From assembly GCA_050253075.1 (NCBI GenBank), contig JBFWJS010000001.1, positions 640,001-704,000 of the forward strand: DNA of 64,000 bases. The letters are read 5' to 3'. Numbering within the stretch: position 1 is the first letter of the stretch; each line of letters starts with the position of its first letter. Below are positions 1 to 9,991 of the stretch, one piece after another. The translations under genes were made by a program, and so were the position numbers. The notes under the pieces are model-generated. The model searched no databases and was not told the origin of the DNA. It saw only the letters and a program-made list of their open reading frames with translations. This DNA comes from Deferribacterales bacterium. GTDB lineage: Bacteria > Chrysiogenota > Deferribacteres > Deferribacterales > Geovibrionaceae.

Positions 1-737
1 TCCACAGGCTGTTTCTGGCTGCCAAGGGCATAACTCTCTATCGTTTTATCCAGCTTTCACGTTTGAAGAGAGCATCTTACATGCTGGCATTCCGCACCGA
101 TGCAAAGATAATAGACATCGCGCTTGATGCCGGTTTTGAGAGCCCCGAGGCATTCACCCGAGCATTCAAAAAAGCCGTGGGGCAGACTCCTTCTCAGTTC
201 AGAAAAGATCCGGAATGGGAGGCTTGGAACGAAAAGCTGATCCCTTCCGCCCATCAAGGAGGAGTCAGGATGGACATTAAGATAATAGATTTCCCCGAAA
301 CGAAAATAGCCCTGATAGAGCACAGGGGCTCACCGAAAAAGGTGCTCGAGACAGCAGGCAGGTTCATCGAATGGAGGAAGGCCACAGGGCTCTCACCCGT
401 GAAAACCAGCAAGACATTCGGCGTGCCCTTCGACGACCCGAACGTAGTGGAAGAGGATAAGTTCAGATTCGACATATGCGGATCAGTTGAAAATGACATC
501 CCGCAGAACGAATTCGGCGTGAAGAACGGCATGATACCTGGCGGACGATGCGCAGTGCTGACCCACATCGGCGGGCACGAGAACATCTCCGACAGCGTGT
601 ATTCCATGTATAGAGAGTGGCTGCCCGAAAGCGGCGAGGAGCTCAGGGATTATCCGTGCTTTTTCCAATATCTTGCGCTGATGCCCGATGTGGCAGAGTG
701 CGACCAGATAACCGAAATATTCCTGCCGATAAAGTAA
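1..737 (+). CDS. AraC-family regulator with C-terminal GyrI-like domain (5' truncated by window)
   Basis: Frame is open from base 3 (HRLFLAAKGITLYRFIQLSRLKRA). AraC motif IALDAGFESPEAFTRAFKK; GyrI-like C-terminus (YSMYREWLPESG, TEIFLPIK). Confidence 0.9.
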   Translation, partial: HRLFLAAKGITLYRFIQLSRLKRASYMLAFRTDAKIIDIALDAGFESPEAFTRAFKKAVGQTPSQFRKDPEWEAWNEKLIPSAHQGGVRMDIKIIDFPETKIALIEHRGSPKKVLETAGRFIEWRKATGLSPVKTSKTFGVPFDDPNVVEEDKFRFDICGSVENDIPQNEFGVKNGMIPGGRCAVLTHIGGHENISDSVYSMYREWLPESGEELRDYPCFFQYLALMPDVAECDQITEIFLPIK

Positions 738-961
738 TTTCAAATATGGGGCGCAGTTCCCCTGTGCCCTTTCTTTCAGCCTGTCACGATAAGGAAAAAA
801 ATAGGAAATACGGAGCATATGTCCAATCTTCTTGTTGAAATGTTGCATATATACAATAATTTACGGCATTAACATTAATTGACAATGCGTTGTTTGCGTG
901 ATAATTTTTAGTGTTTTGTATCAATCCCGTTATTTTACGTGCTCTTTTCCGGAGGACTCAT

Positions 962-3745
962 ATGAAGAGACTGATTCTTGCCCTTATATTTGTGTTATCT
1001 ATTTCAATTTCAGGCTGTAATTTATCAGGTGGTTCCGGAGGCAGTCTGTCAGAGCCTGTGACAGAAGGCACATACTCAGGCGATACTCTCTATATGACCA
1101 CCGACAGCTCAGGCAAAGCTACAGTGACCAGCAGTTCGCTCGGTGCTGTTTACGAGGTTTCGTTTACAAGCCCTTCTGATGCGCCCGTTACCGGCGTGTC
1201 ATTCACATATTCAGAGAGCGGCGGACGCTCTGTCATTTACGTTACGGACGATGCGGATGTTTATGCCGATGTGATAATGATAGGTACTCCTGCGGAGCTT
1301 TCAGCGGAATACGCAGTCAGCGGACAGGCATCCTCTAAGGCGGCACTATATAAGCTCGCCATAGTGATGAAGGCGAAAGGCGGTCTCCCCGCAGGGTTTA
1401 CACACGATGCGGAGGAGCTGGACAATATATACATATCAGCCTCGGAAAGGACGGGTACAGGGTGGTCCACAGACTGCTATACCGCAGAAACTATGGCAGA
1501 ATATATATCCGCAAATGCGGCAGATAAAAAATCGGCATATGCTTTCAGCGGGCTGACTGCGGGCGACGGTCTATTTATGCTGCTGAGCTCAGCATGGAGC
1601 ACAGACAGCGGACTGGAATCTGCTCTGACAGAAAAGCTGGCCGAAGTATACGGCATGACATATGCAAATGCGGCTCTCGCTGTCTATCAGATGACGTGTT
1701 TTGCCCCTGACGGCACAATGGGCGATATGGCTCTGGTCTGCGCAGTTGTGAAGAGCAACGACGTCTGCCAGTCGAGCCCGGGCACAGGCGGAGACGGTGA
1801 AAATAATGCGCCGACAGTAGACGGCACGGAAGCAGTGAATATATATAAAAATGACTCTTACAGCTTTACCCCGACGGTGGAAGATGCCGACGGTGACACG
1901 CTGACATTCACCATAGCAAATAAGCCTGACTGGGCAGTGTTCAATCAGTCCACAGGCGAGCTTTCAGGTACGGCAGAGGTTGGTGTTTATGCGGGGATAG
2001 TGATAACTGTTTCCGACGGAACAGCGTCCGTCAGCCTTGAGCCATTCACAATAGTTGTGTCAAACAGAACCCCTGTGATAAGCGGTTCGCCTGCTGTTAC
2101 CGCCGTGAGCGGAGCACAGTACAGCTTCACTCCGACGGCCGGTGATGCCGACGGCGACATACTGACTTTCAGCATAGAGAATAAGCCCTCGTGGGCATCA
2201 TTTAATACATCGACAGGAGCCCTCACAGGCACAGCCACAACAGGTATATACTCAAACATAATAATAAGCGTCAGTGACGGTCTTGAGTCTGCTGACCTGA
2301 CAGCTTTTTCTATAACAGTGGAGAGCACTAACAACGCTCCGAACATCAGCGGAACACCGACAACATCCATTTATGTAAACTCTGATTACAGCTTTATCCC
2401 GACAGCGACAGATGCCGACAGCGATACACTGACATTCAGTGTGGAAAACCTGCCTGACTGGGCTTCTTTCAGCACAACGACAGGAGCCGTAACAGGAACA
2501 GCAACACCGGAAGGCGTTTACAGCGGGATAGTGATAAGCGTTTCAGACGGTGAGGCTGGCGTGTCTCTGGCATCTTTCGACATAACAGTACAAAACAGGG
2601 CTCCGTCCATCAGCGGGACACCGACACCCGTTAAAAACGGCAAGGCCTTCATCTTCATCCCCACAGTGAGCGACCCTGACGGCGACACTGTGACAGTAAG
2701 CGCAGAGAATCTCCCCGCTTGGGCGACATTTACGCCTGCGACAAAGGAGATATCCGGCACGGCCGTAAACGGTAAATACGAAAATGTCACCCTGACAGCA
2801 TCCGACGGCAGGACAGGCGGTGTCAGCACGCTTGTATTCGACATTGATATATATTATCCGTGGGCTGTTATGAAAACGGGAATGACAGGCTGCTGGAATA
2901 ATACGCAGCAGTCCGTTGACTGTACGGGTACAGGGCAGGACGGCGAATATCAGGCAGGTGTATCACCGAATTTTACCAGGGATGATGCGACAGGTATCGT
3001 GACCGACAGTGTAAACGGGCTTGTCTGGCAGGATGATATAAATGTGGGGCTGACGACAGATACACATCCTAATATGAGTGATTACTGCACAGCTTTAGGA
3101 ACAGCAAGTTACGGCGGATACAGCGACTGGCGGCTACCGACTTTGAGAGAGTTTTTAACAACGCTCGATTACAGCAAATCAAGCCCGCTGTCTAATTCTA
3201 TTTTCCAGAACGGCGGTAATAATATATTCTGGACAGCTGATAACTATCCGGGGACAACCGTTTCGGCAATGGTTATTAGTACAGAGCTTGGTACGATAAA
3301 TGCGAGTGGCAAAACTCCTAATATGTATGCCGTCAGATGTGTACGCAGTGATGATGCCTTCCCTGCTGAGGATTTTACAAGAGATGACGCATACGGTATT
3401 GTGACTGATGACCGTACAGGGCTTATCTGGGGTGACTCGGCTGCGATGTCAGGCGACTATTTTCCAGCGTTGAGCGACTGTGAAGCAAGCACTCTTGGCG
3501 GATATGATGACTGGAGACTTGCTAATATCGCTGAGTTGAACTCGATTGTAGATACCGGCTATGCTCCTCCTCTTAACCCTGTTTTTGTTTATATGAGGAA
3601 TGGCACTGTTTTATCTTCGACACTGAATAAAGCAATCGGTTATGTTGCGATGTTTGATTTAGAAGTTGAAAGTGGTTATAATCTTGATGGAGATACAATC
3701 TGGGATGGTAAGTTTTATAGATGTGTACGAGGCGGGCTGTGGTAA
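962..3745 (+). CDS. Large lipoprotein with four Ig/cadherin-like (He_PIG-type) repeats and two C-terminal DUF1566/Lcl domains
   Basis: GGAGG RBS before ATG 962; lipobox ISGC; repeats of N(N/R)AP.ISG.P...YSF.PT..D.DGD.LTFS.EN.P.WA.F; Lcl motifs VTD..TGL.W, GGY.DWRL, RCVR. Confidence 0.8.
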   Translation: MKRLILALIFVLSISISGCNLSGGSGGSLSEPVTEGTYSGDTLYMTTDSSGKATVTSSSLGAVYEVSFTSPSDAPVTGVSFTYSESGGRSVIYVTDDADVYADVIMIGTPAELSAEYAVSGQASSKAALYKLAIVMKAKGGLPAGFTHDAEELDNIYISASERTGTGWSTDCYTAETMAEYISANAADKKSAYAFSGLTAGDGLFMLLSSAWSTDSGLESALTEKLAEVYGMTYANAALAVYQMTCFAPDGTMGDMALVCAVVKSNDVCQSSPGTGGDGENNAPTVDGTEAVNIYKNDSYSFTPTVEDADGDTLTFTIANKPDWAVFNQSTGELSGTAEVGVYAGIVITVSDGTASVSLEPFTIVVSNRTPVISGSPAVTAVSGAQYSFTPTAGDADGDILTFSIENKPSWASFNTSTGALTGTATTGIYSNIIISVSDGLESADLTAFSITVESTNNAPNISGTPTTSIYVNSDYSFIPTATDADSDTLTFSVENLPDWASFSTTTGAVTGTATPEGVYSGIVISVSDGEAGVSLASFDITVQNRAPSISGTPTPVKNGKAFIFIPTVSDPDGDTVTVSAENLPAWATFTPATKEISGTAVNGKYENVTLTASDGRTGGVSTLVFDIDIYYPWAVMKTGMTGCWNNTQQSVDCTGTGQDGEYQAGVSPNFTRDDATGIVTDSVNGLVWQDDINVGLTTDTHPNMSDYCTALGTASYGGYSDWRLPTLREFLTTLDYSKSSPLSNSIFQNGGNNIFWTADNYPGTTVSAMVISTELGTINASGKTPNMYAVRCVRSDDAFPAEDFTRDDAYGIVTDDRTGLIWGDSAAMSGDYFPALSDCEASTLGGYDDWRLANIAELNSIVDTGYAPPLNPVFVYMRNGTVLSSTLNKAIGYVAMFDLEVESGYNLDGDTIWDGKFYRCVRGGLW

Positions 3746-3780
3746 TACAGCCCTGATGTGTCGCATATATTAATAGAATA

Positions 3781-4110
3781 TTAACAGCATTCCTGTTCGC
3801 ATTTTGCGAGGGCGTGGATGGCTTCCTCGTCGTCTACGTCCTCGAAAAGCTCAATGATGTAAAAGGCGTTTGAGCATACATGATAAAGCACGGCTTCCCT
3901 CGGGTCGTCGGCAAATTTACGTGTGTAGTATGCTTCGGGTATGTTCTTTACGAATTTTTCCCAGTATGGGTTGTTGTTTGCAGGGTCTTTGAGAATACGC
4001 AGCAGGTTGTCTATCACCTGACACGCATTTTCAAAACAGTCTATATTTTCGAAGCTGACATAGCTTTCGTCTACCTGGATTTCTTTCTTATTCTTCCCGC
4101 AGTCGCACAT
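3781..4110 (-). CDS. cowN: N2-fixation sustaining protein CowN (CO protection of nitrogenase)
   Basis: YVSFENIDC, NPYWEKF, YIIELFE and terminal EQECC match the CowN pattern. Confidence 0.8.
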   Translation of the reverse strand: MCDCGKNKKEIQVDESYVSFENIDCFENACQVIDNLLRILKDPANNNPYWEKFVKNIPEAYYTRKFADDPREAVLYHVCSNAFYIIELFEDVDDEEAIHALAKCEQECC

Positions 4111-4495
4111 ATTCAAATTTCCTCTGAGTTGTTATTTCTGTTCGGTTTTTAAAAAAATAATAATAAAGATCGGCAGGTGTATTAAAGACCAATCTGCCCT
4201 TATTAAGATGGAAAAACATCAAAGTGTCAAGTGGCAGTTTTTTTCTTTTAGGTATTGGACAGTCTGCGTTTACGCAAAAATCACGGCTATCAATCGTTTA
4301 TTTATGTCAACAACAGGCAATCATTTCTGACATATGTTTGTAATCTGTGAACAAGCGTATGGCTTGCTTAACATATAGGTAATATTGAATAAAACAAGTA
4401 TTCTTTTATTTGTATAGTCGGATTTTTTAATCAAATGTTAAAATTATTGACTTGAAACGAGCATATGCTTATTATTAATATCTAGGAGGCAGGAA

Positions 4496-4828
4496 ATGAG
4501 ATGTAAAGAAATACTAAAGGAGTATTTTACTAATTTTTCAGTGAAAGTTGTGTACGACATAATATTCAGCTGCAAGTTATGTGTATTAGTAATTTATCTC
4601 CTGTACGCCGGGGTAATGTTTTTCAATTATGTGCCATCAGAATTTCATGCGTTGGGGTTTGAAAGATTGATGCTCAGTCTGTTCCTTGGAGCTGTGGCAA
4701 CAGTAATAACTATGCCTGTGTTCTTCGTAGGTATGGTTGCTATAGGTATACTCATACGGTTTGCCAAAGATGCCTGTTCGGGCGGGTGTTGTCTGATGTC
4801 ATGGTTTAAAAAACTAGTGGAACATTAG
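4496..4828 (+). CDS. Hypothetical membrane protein
   Basis: AGGAGG RBS; two hydrophobic segments; hairpin at 4839-4866 downstream. Confidence 0.6.
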   Translation: MRCKEILKEYFTNFSVKVVYDIIFSCKLCVLVIYLLYAGVMFFNYVPSEFHALGFERLMLSLFLGAVATVITMPVFFVGMVAIGILIRFAKDACSGGCCLMSWFKKLVEH

Positions 4829-5003
4829 CCATCGAGCTAAAGGCAGTCTTGTCTGAGGCTGCCTTTGCTGCATAGTATGTCTGCATCATTTTATCTGTTG
4901 TTTATCAGCCTTTTTTCGATAAATGTGGAAATTTCTGAATCATCTGATATCATTCCTGTCATAGAATAATAAATAAATTTATTTAACCCCTATAGGAGTA
5001 AAG

Positions 5004-5396
5004 ATGAAAAAGTTATTTCCATTGATTGCGGTGGCGTTCATAGCCGTCGTCGTGCTTATTTCAGTTATCCCGGATTATAAAGAAAGCCAGAAACCATTCA
5101 ATAAGTTCCTATCATTTGCGAAGAGCAACGGGTTCGGTGTGGCTGTACTGGTGCAAGATGATGTCGCATCGGCAAATGCCGTTCAGGAGATCATAAAGCT
5201 CGAGAAGAACCTCGGCATCACAGTACACACTGCATACTATACAGGTGACGAGGCCGTGAAAATGGCTGCCGAACAGCTACTCACGGTTCCTGCATTTTTC
5301 ATCGCCGACGGTGACGGAAACCTCGCAGTGAAAGAAAAGGGTGAGATCACCGCACAGAGGCTTGTTCCGTATTTCTCAGATCTTCATACACATTAG
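5004..5396 (+). CDS. Hypothetical exported protein, possible Cys-less thioredoxin-like fold
   Basis: AGGAG RBS; N-terminal hydrophobic helix; TVPAFFIADGDG resembles a Trx cis-Pro strand. Confidence 0.55.
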   Translation: MKKLFPLIAVAFIAVVVLISVIPDYKESQKPFNKFLSFAKSNGFGVAVLVQDDVASANAVQEIIKLEKNLGITVHTAYYTGDEAVKMAAEQLLTVPAFFIADGDGNLAVKEKGEITAQRLVPYFSDLHTH

Positions 5397-5445
5397 AAAG
5401 TGACTGCCGCTCCCATTCTGCTGAGTGCGGCAGTTTTTCGTTTAT

Positions 5446-6750
5446 CTAGAAGGTGATGGTGGTATCGTTGTCGCCCGGTTCGCTGTCTGTCGCCCAGTCG
5501 ATCAGGGCGTATCCGAGGGCTGCGGTGTCTGCATCTGCGCTGGCTATCAGCGACTGGATGATGGCGTCTGCAGTTGCGCTGAGGGCTGCATATGTCTCAT
5601 CCCCTGCATAGTGGAGCACGTGCACCTCTGATGCTGCGGGGGCCACTGCTGCGTTTATGCCGTATGTAGGCAGGAGAGCAGTGTAAAGGTCGAGCATGCC
5701 GTCCGCCGTGAATGTCGTTTTATATGTTGCGAAGTCCGCAACGGAATCTATCTCGTTTATCTCATAGCTGTTTATTGTGAGCTGTCCGCTTGCCACGTCG
5801 AGGTCTATCACTCTGTACGGGCATGGTGCCGTGACTGTGGAGCCTGTCTCTACTTCGTAAAGCGCACTGTTTGCGAATGTCGCCTTTATGATGTCCTGTG
5901 CGTGGAAGTGCCCTGTGAAAAAGAGGTTGAGCCCTGCATCGGCAAGTGTTTCACCCACGGCGGCGTAATCATCCAGCACATATTCGGCAAAGAATGTGGT
6001 CTGGGCAGCGAAGTGAGGAGTTATAGCGTGGTGCTGCATGCCGAAGACTGTTATGCCTCTGGACTTTGCCTCTGCCAGCTTGCCTGTTATCCAGTCGAGG
6101 GTTTCGTCTGAGATAGCTCCCGATGTGTCCGGTGATGTGGTGTTATTATCGTACTTGCATGAATCGATGGCAAAGAGCCACACGTTGTCTGCTATATCTG
6201 CGATGTAAGAGAGAGAGTTCGGGTCTCTGTAGAGGGCATCGCCGTATCCGAAAGCGTCATACATAGCTGCAAATCCTGCGGGAGTGATGCTGTCCACCTC
6301 TGTGGTAGTGTCACCGCTGAAGGATACAGCATGGGGGTTGTTTATGTCGTGGTTGCCCGGTACGACGTAGACCTTTACGCCCTGATCGAGCAGTGGCTGC
6401 ATTATAGAGACGAATTTCTGATGACAGACATATTCGCCGTCTTTTGTCAGGTCGCCGGGGACGAGCACGAAGTCGAGTCCGCTGACTGCCAGCAGATTAT
6501 TCACGACATTCTCAAGTATCTCAGAGCTCTGTGCGAGCATCTTTCTGTCGCTTGCGAGGTATGTTTCAAAGGCTGTGCCTGTTGTTCCGAGCGAAGTGTC
6601 GTATACGTGCGGGTCTGAAAGGACTGCGAATTTCGCAGATGAAATATTATCAGAATCTGAGCTGCCTCCGCAGCCTGAGAGACCGAGCGAAAGCCCTGCT
6701 GTGAGAACCACGCTTGATCTGAGGAATCCTCTTCTAGAGATATTGTGCAT
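5446..6750 (-). CDS. Tat-exported lipoprotein, calcineurin-like metallophosphoesterase
   Basis: SRRGFL twin-arginine motif plus LSGC lipobox; motifs DPH, GDLT, GNHD, HH, GHFH. Confidence 0.85.
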   Translation of the reverse strand: MHNISRRGFLRSSVVLTAGLSLGLSGCGGSSDSDNISSAKFAVLSDPHVYDTSLGTTGTAFETYLASDRKMLAQSSEILENVVNNLLAVSGLDFVLVPGDLTKDGEYVCHQKFVSIMQPLLDQGVKVYVVPGNHDINNPHAVSFSGDTTTEVDSITPAGFAAMYDAFGYGDALYRDPNSLSYIADIADNVWLFAIDSCKYDNNTTSPDTSGAISDETLDWITGKLAEAKSRGITVFGMQHHAITPHFAAQTTFFAEYVLDDYAAVGETLADAGLNLFFTGHFHAQDIIKATFANSALYEVETGSTVTAPCPYRVIDLDVASGQLTINSYEINEIDSVADFATYKTTFTADGMLDLYTALLPTYGINAAVAPAASEVHVLHYAGDETYAALSATADAIIQSLIASADADTAALGYALIDWATDSEPGDNDTTITF

Positions 6751-6882
6751 CACTGAACCTCCCGAAATAATTATGTGATTATCAGGCATGGGTGATACAG
6801 AGTTTTCATATAGATTTCTTAAAAGGATAAACTTTAATTTCTCCGCTTAATAAAGAATGTGAAGAAAGTATGCAGATTTATC

Positions 6883-6909
6883 TTAACGTTTATAAGGATG
6901 AGCCGATTT
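6883..6909 (+). promoter_or_regulatory. Putative sigma28 (FliA) promoter
   Basis: TTAA-N15-GCCGATTT, versus consensus TAAA-N15-GCCGATAA, upstream of the flagellin-like gene. Confidence 0.55.
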
Positions 6910-6953
6910 AACGATTAGGGAATTACTTTCCCGTTATTATTACATGCGGAGCC

Positions 6954-7907
6954 GTGATGCAATTCTTTAATCTGGGCACATTTGACAGGTCTAATGTCCT
7001 GTCTAACACACAGAAAGCTCATTCGCAGATATCAGAAAGCATCCGTCGCATTGCGTCCGGAGTCAAATCCTTCTCGGACGACCCTGTCTCGGCAAAGATA
7101 TCCACAAAGATAAGCGCACAGATAGACGAGATAAGGCAAAACATTAAAAACACGCAGGATGCCATGGGTGCACTGGAGCTCCAAAGGTCGCAGACACTGG
7201 TGAAGGTAGACGTGATGCAGCGCATACGTGAGCTCGCCATAGCATATAAGAACGATACCCTCTCCGAAAGTGAGAAGGACAGCATACAGGATCAGGCGGA
7301 TGAACTGGCGAAACTGCTTAATGATGACAGCACACTCACCAGATTCGCATCGAAGATATCCATCGGCAGTGACGGTTCGATAAACGGACTGAGCAGTAAC
7401 ATATCCATCATAACGGCTGAAAACGGTGAAGAGTCTTTTGTATTCAGCCCCACCGTAGCATCACTCACTGGGGAGATAGATGCAAGTGCCGTATTATCCG
7501 CCAACGTGTCTTTTTTGCAAAAGGTAGAGGGGGAGACAGTCTCCTCTTCGGTCAGTCTTACAGAGCTGGCTTTGAATATGGACAATTATGAGGAGGAAGA
7601 TGCCGACCACGCATATGATTTCTCCGCCGCAGGCATACTGGACACCATCAGTAAAGACCTCGAAAGATACACATCCGCAGCAGCCAGCCAGACAGCAAGG
7701 CTGAATGCCATGGAGTATCATCTGGATTTTCTGGATAATAAGAGGCTGAATCTGGAGAGCTGGCATAATAGCATCACATCTACAGATATAGCCGAAGAGA
7801 CAGCAAACCTTGCTAAATCCCAGCTTCAGGCGCAAATGGGGCAAAACCTCATCAAAGTGCAGAATGATATCGAAAGGAGCATGGTCTTCACCCTGCTTAC
7901 CATGTGA
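6954..7907 (+). CDS. Divergent flagellin-family protein
   Basis: N-terminal RIASG..SDDP...QNIKNTQDA and C-terminal SITSTDIAEETANLAKSQL flagellin helices. Confidence 0.75.
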   Translation: MMQFFNLGTFDRSNVLSNTQKAHSQISESIRRIASGVKSFSDDPVSAKISTKISAQIDEIRQNIKNTQDAMGALELQRSQTLVKVDVMQRIRELAIAYKNDTLSESEKDSIQDQADELAKLLNDDSTLTRFASKISIGSDGSINGLSSNISIITAENGEESFVFSPTVASLTGEIDASAVLSANVSFLQKVEGETVSSSVSLTELALNMDNYEEEDADHAYDFSAAGILDTISKDLERYTSAAASQTARLNAMEYHLDFLDNKRLNLESWHNSITSTDIAEETANLAKSQLQAQMGQNLIKVQNDIERSMVFTLLTM

Positions 7908-7962
7908 AATCTGCAAGTTTCCCACCCAAAATAACGCACTATTAAAAGATGATTTGACATAT

Positions 7963-8000
7963 TAGAGTATTTGCTCTACTTTAGAGTAAATACTCTAAAG
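7963..8000. promoter_or_regulatory. Tandem palindromic operator, probably bound by the downstream TetR
   Basis: Perfect CTTTAGAGTA-AA-TACTCTAAAG (7979-8000) plus degenerate TAGAGTATTTGCTCTA (7963-7978), just after TTGACA (7954-7959). Confidence 0.65.
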
Positions 8001-8009
8001 GTGACGCTC

Positions 8010-9368
8010 ATGAGAATATTACTGATACATCCCCCTAGTCTGGACAGCTTTATGGACAAGGTCTTCATGTTTGAACCCCTTGCTCTGGAATACCTCGCCG
8101 CAGGAATGGTGGAAGAGGGGCTGGAGGTAAAGATACTGGACAGCAGGATAGAACCCGACATCATGGGATGTGTGCAGAGGTATAACCCTGACTTCGTAGG
8201 GGTGACATCCTACACCGCACAGCTGAACATAGCAAAGAAGGTGTGCGAGGATATCAAAGCTCTCAAGCCTTCTGTGAAGATAATATTCGGAGGTCATCAC
8301 GCCACGGTGAAACCCGATGACCTGAACGAGCCGTATATAGACGCCGTGGTTATCGGCGAGGGGGTATATACCCTCAGAGAGCTGATCCGCGCGTATCTTT
8401 CCGGCGGCGATGTAATGTCTGTCAGCGGACTGGGGATACCATCCCCCGATGGGCTGATATATACACATCCACGGGAATACACACCGCTGGACGATCTGCC
8501 CATACCCGCCAGATACCTCACGGATAAATACCGTGATCATTACTTCAGCGAATGGTTCAAGCCCTTGGCTTCCGTCCGCACATCCCTCGGATGCACGGCC
8601 AGATGCACATTCTGCGCTCTGTGGTCTGTCACAGGCGGGAAGTATCTGAAGCGTTCATTCGACGGCATCATAAAGGAGCTGCGGATGGTGAAAGAGGATA
8701 ACGTCTTCTTCTGCGACGATGAGTCCATGTGTGACGTGCGCCGTATGGATGCCCTCGCCGACGAGATAAAAAAGGCGGGCATAGCCAAGAACTACTTCCT
8801 CTATGCCAGAGTGGATACTATCGTGCGCCACCCGGAGCTCTTTCATAAATGGGCAGGCATAGGGCTGAAGCAGGTTTTCGTCGGTATGGAGGATTTCTCC
8901 GATGTGCGCCTGAGAGAGATGAAAAAGAACATAACGTCCGACCAGCAGGCCGAGGCGGTAAGGATATTAAGGGAATGCGGCATAATGATGTATGCGTCAT
9001 TCATGGTCAGCCCCGATTACACACCACAGGATTTTGCAATGCTTAAGGCGTATGTGCGGAAGCTGAAGCTGACCTATGCCACATTTACCGTTATGACACC
9101 TCTACCCGGTACAGAACTGTATGAGATGAACAAGGATAAGATGCTTTCGCACAAGCCTGAGCTGTTCGACATGATACACCTGCTCCTCCCTCCGCAGATG
9201 CCTATGGAGGATTTTTATAAAGAACTGGCAAAGCTGTATCAGGAGGCAGTGCCTTTTTATAAACTGCTCCCCGTGATATTCCGCTTCGGCTTTCACGGCA
9301 TATTTCAGAGGCTGGGACTGCTGAAACAGTTCATGAATAAGGTGCAGAACGCACATCTTGATTACTGA
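8010..9368 (+). CDS. B12-binding radical SAM enzyme (class B, HpnR-like)
   Basis: EPLALEYLAA and GGHHAT cobalamin domain; CxxxCxxC (CTARCTFC); TPLPGT motif. Confidence 0.85.
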   Translation: MRILLIHPPSLDSFMDKVFMFEPLALEYLAAGMVEEGLEVKILDSRIEPDIMGCVQRYNPDFVGVTSYTAQLNIAKKVCEDIKALKPSVKIIFGGHHATVKPDDLNEPYIDAVVIGEGVYTLRELIRAYLSGGDVMSVSGLGIPSPDGLIYTHPREYTPLDDLPIPARYLTDKYRDHYFSEWFKPLASVRTSLGCTARCTFCALWSVTGGKYLKRSFDGIIKELRMVKEDNVFFCDDESMCDVRRMDALADEIKKAGIAKNYFLYARVDTIVRHPELFHKWAGIGLKQVFVGMEDFSDVRLREMKKNITSDQQAEAVRILRECGIMMYASFMVSPDYTPQDFAMLKAYVRKLKLTYATFTVMTPLPGTELYEMNKDKMLSHKPELFDMIHLLLPPQMPMEDFYKELAKLYQEAVPFYKLLPVIFRFGFHGIFQRLGLLKQFMNKVQNAHLDY

Positions 9369-9391
9369 CCGGATTGCCTGTATATTACGGC

Positions 9392-9991
9392 ATGTCAAGA
9401 AAGCAGGAAATACTGGACACGGCGGTGAAGCTCTTCAACGAGCAGGGGACAAAGGCTGTGACCACAAACCACATAGCCGCAGAAATGGGCATCAGCACGG
9501 GAAATCTGTATTATTATTTCAGGAATAAAGAAGAGATAATCCGTGAAATATTCGCAGAGATGGACCGCACCGGTATGGAAGCATACGGGGCGATAGTCAG
9601 CGAGCATCCGCCCGGTTCTCTGGAAACGCTGGAAAAGGCATTCGTGATGATACAGAAGTTCAACTGGCGTTACAGGTTTTTCAAAAGGGAGCTGACGGCT
9701 CTGCTGATGGCAGACCCTGAGCTGCGCAGGTCATATGAAAGCGCCCACAACAGCATGCTCGGGCTCGCCCGCATCGGCATAGTGAATGCCGTGGAGACAG
9801 GCATCTTCAGACCTATGGACGAGACTGAGATAAACCTGTTCGCCGAAGAGGTGGTTATACTGATACTCTTCTGGCTGAATTATCTGGAGATCGGCGGTGA
9901 GGAAGTGACCGAAGAATCCCTGCAAAGGGGTAACGAGGTTCTGCGGAGCGCAATGCACAGCCGCATGGTGAACCCGCCTAAACAGGTCTGA
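9392..9991 (+). CDS. TetR/AcrR-family regulator
   Basis: ILDTAVKLFNEQG..TTNHIAAEMGISTGNLYYYFRNKEE HTH. Confidence 0.92.
   Translation: MSRKQEILDTAVKLFNEQGTKAVTTNHIAAEMGISTGNLYYYFRNKEEIIREIFAEMDRTGMEAYGAIVSEHPPGSLETLEKAFVMIQKFNWRYRFFKRELTALLMADPELRRSYESAHNSMLGLARIGIVNAVETGIFRPMDETEINLFAEEVVILILFWLNYLEIGGEEVTEESLQRGNEVLRSAMHSRMVNPPKQV

Noticed and set aside
1800..2850. CRISPR-like or tandem DNA repeats
   Set aside because: These are degenerate in-frame protein domain repeats. No CRISPR array or cas gene was seen in the window.
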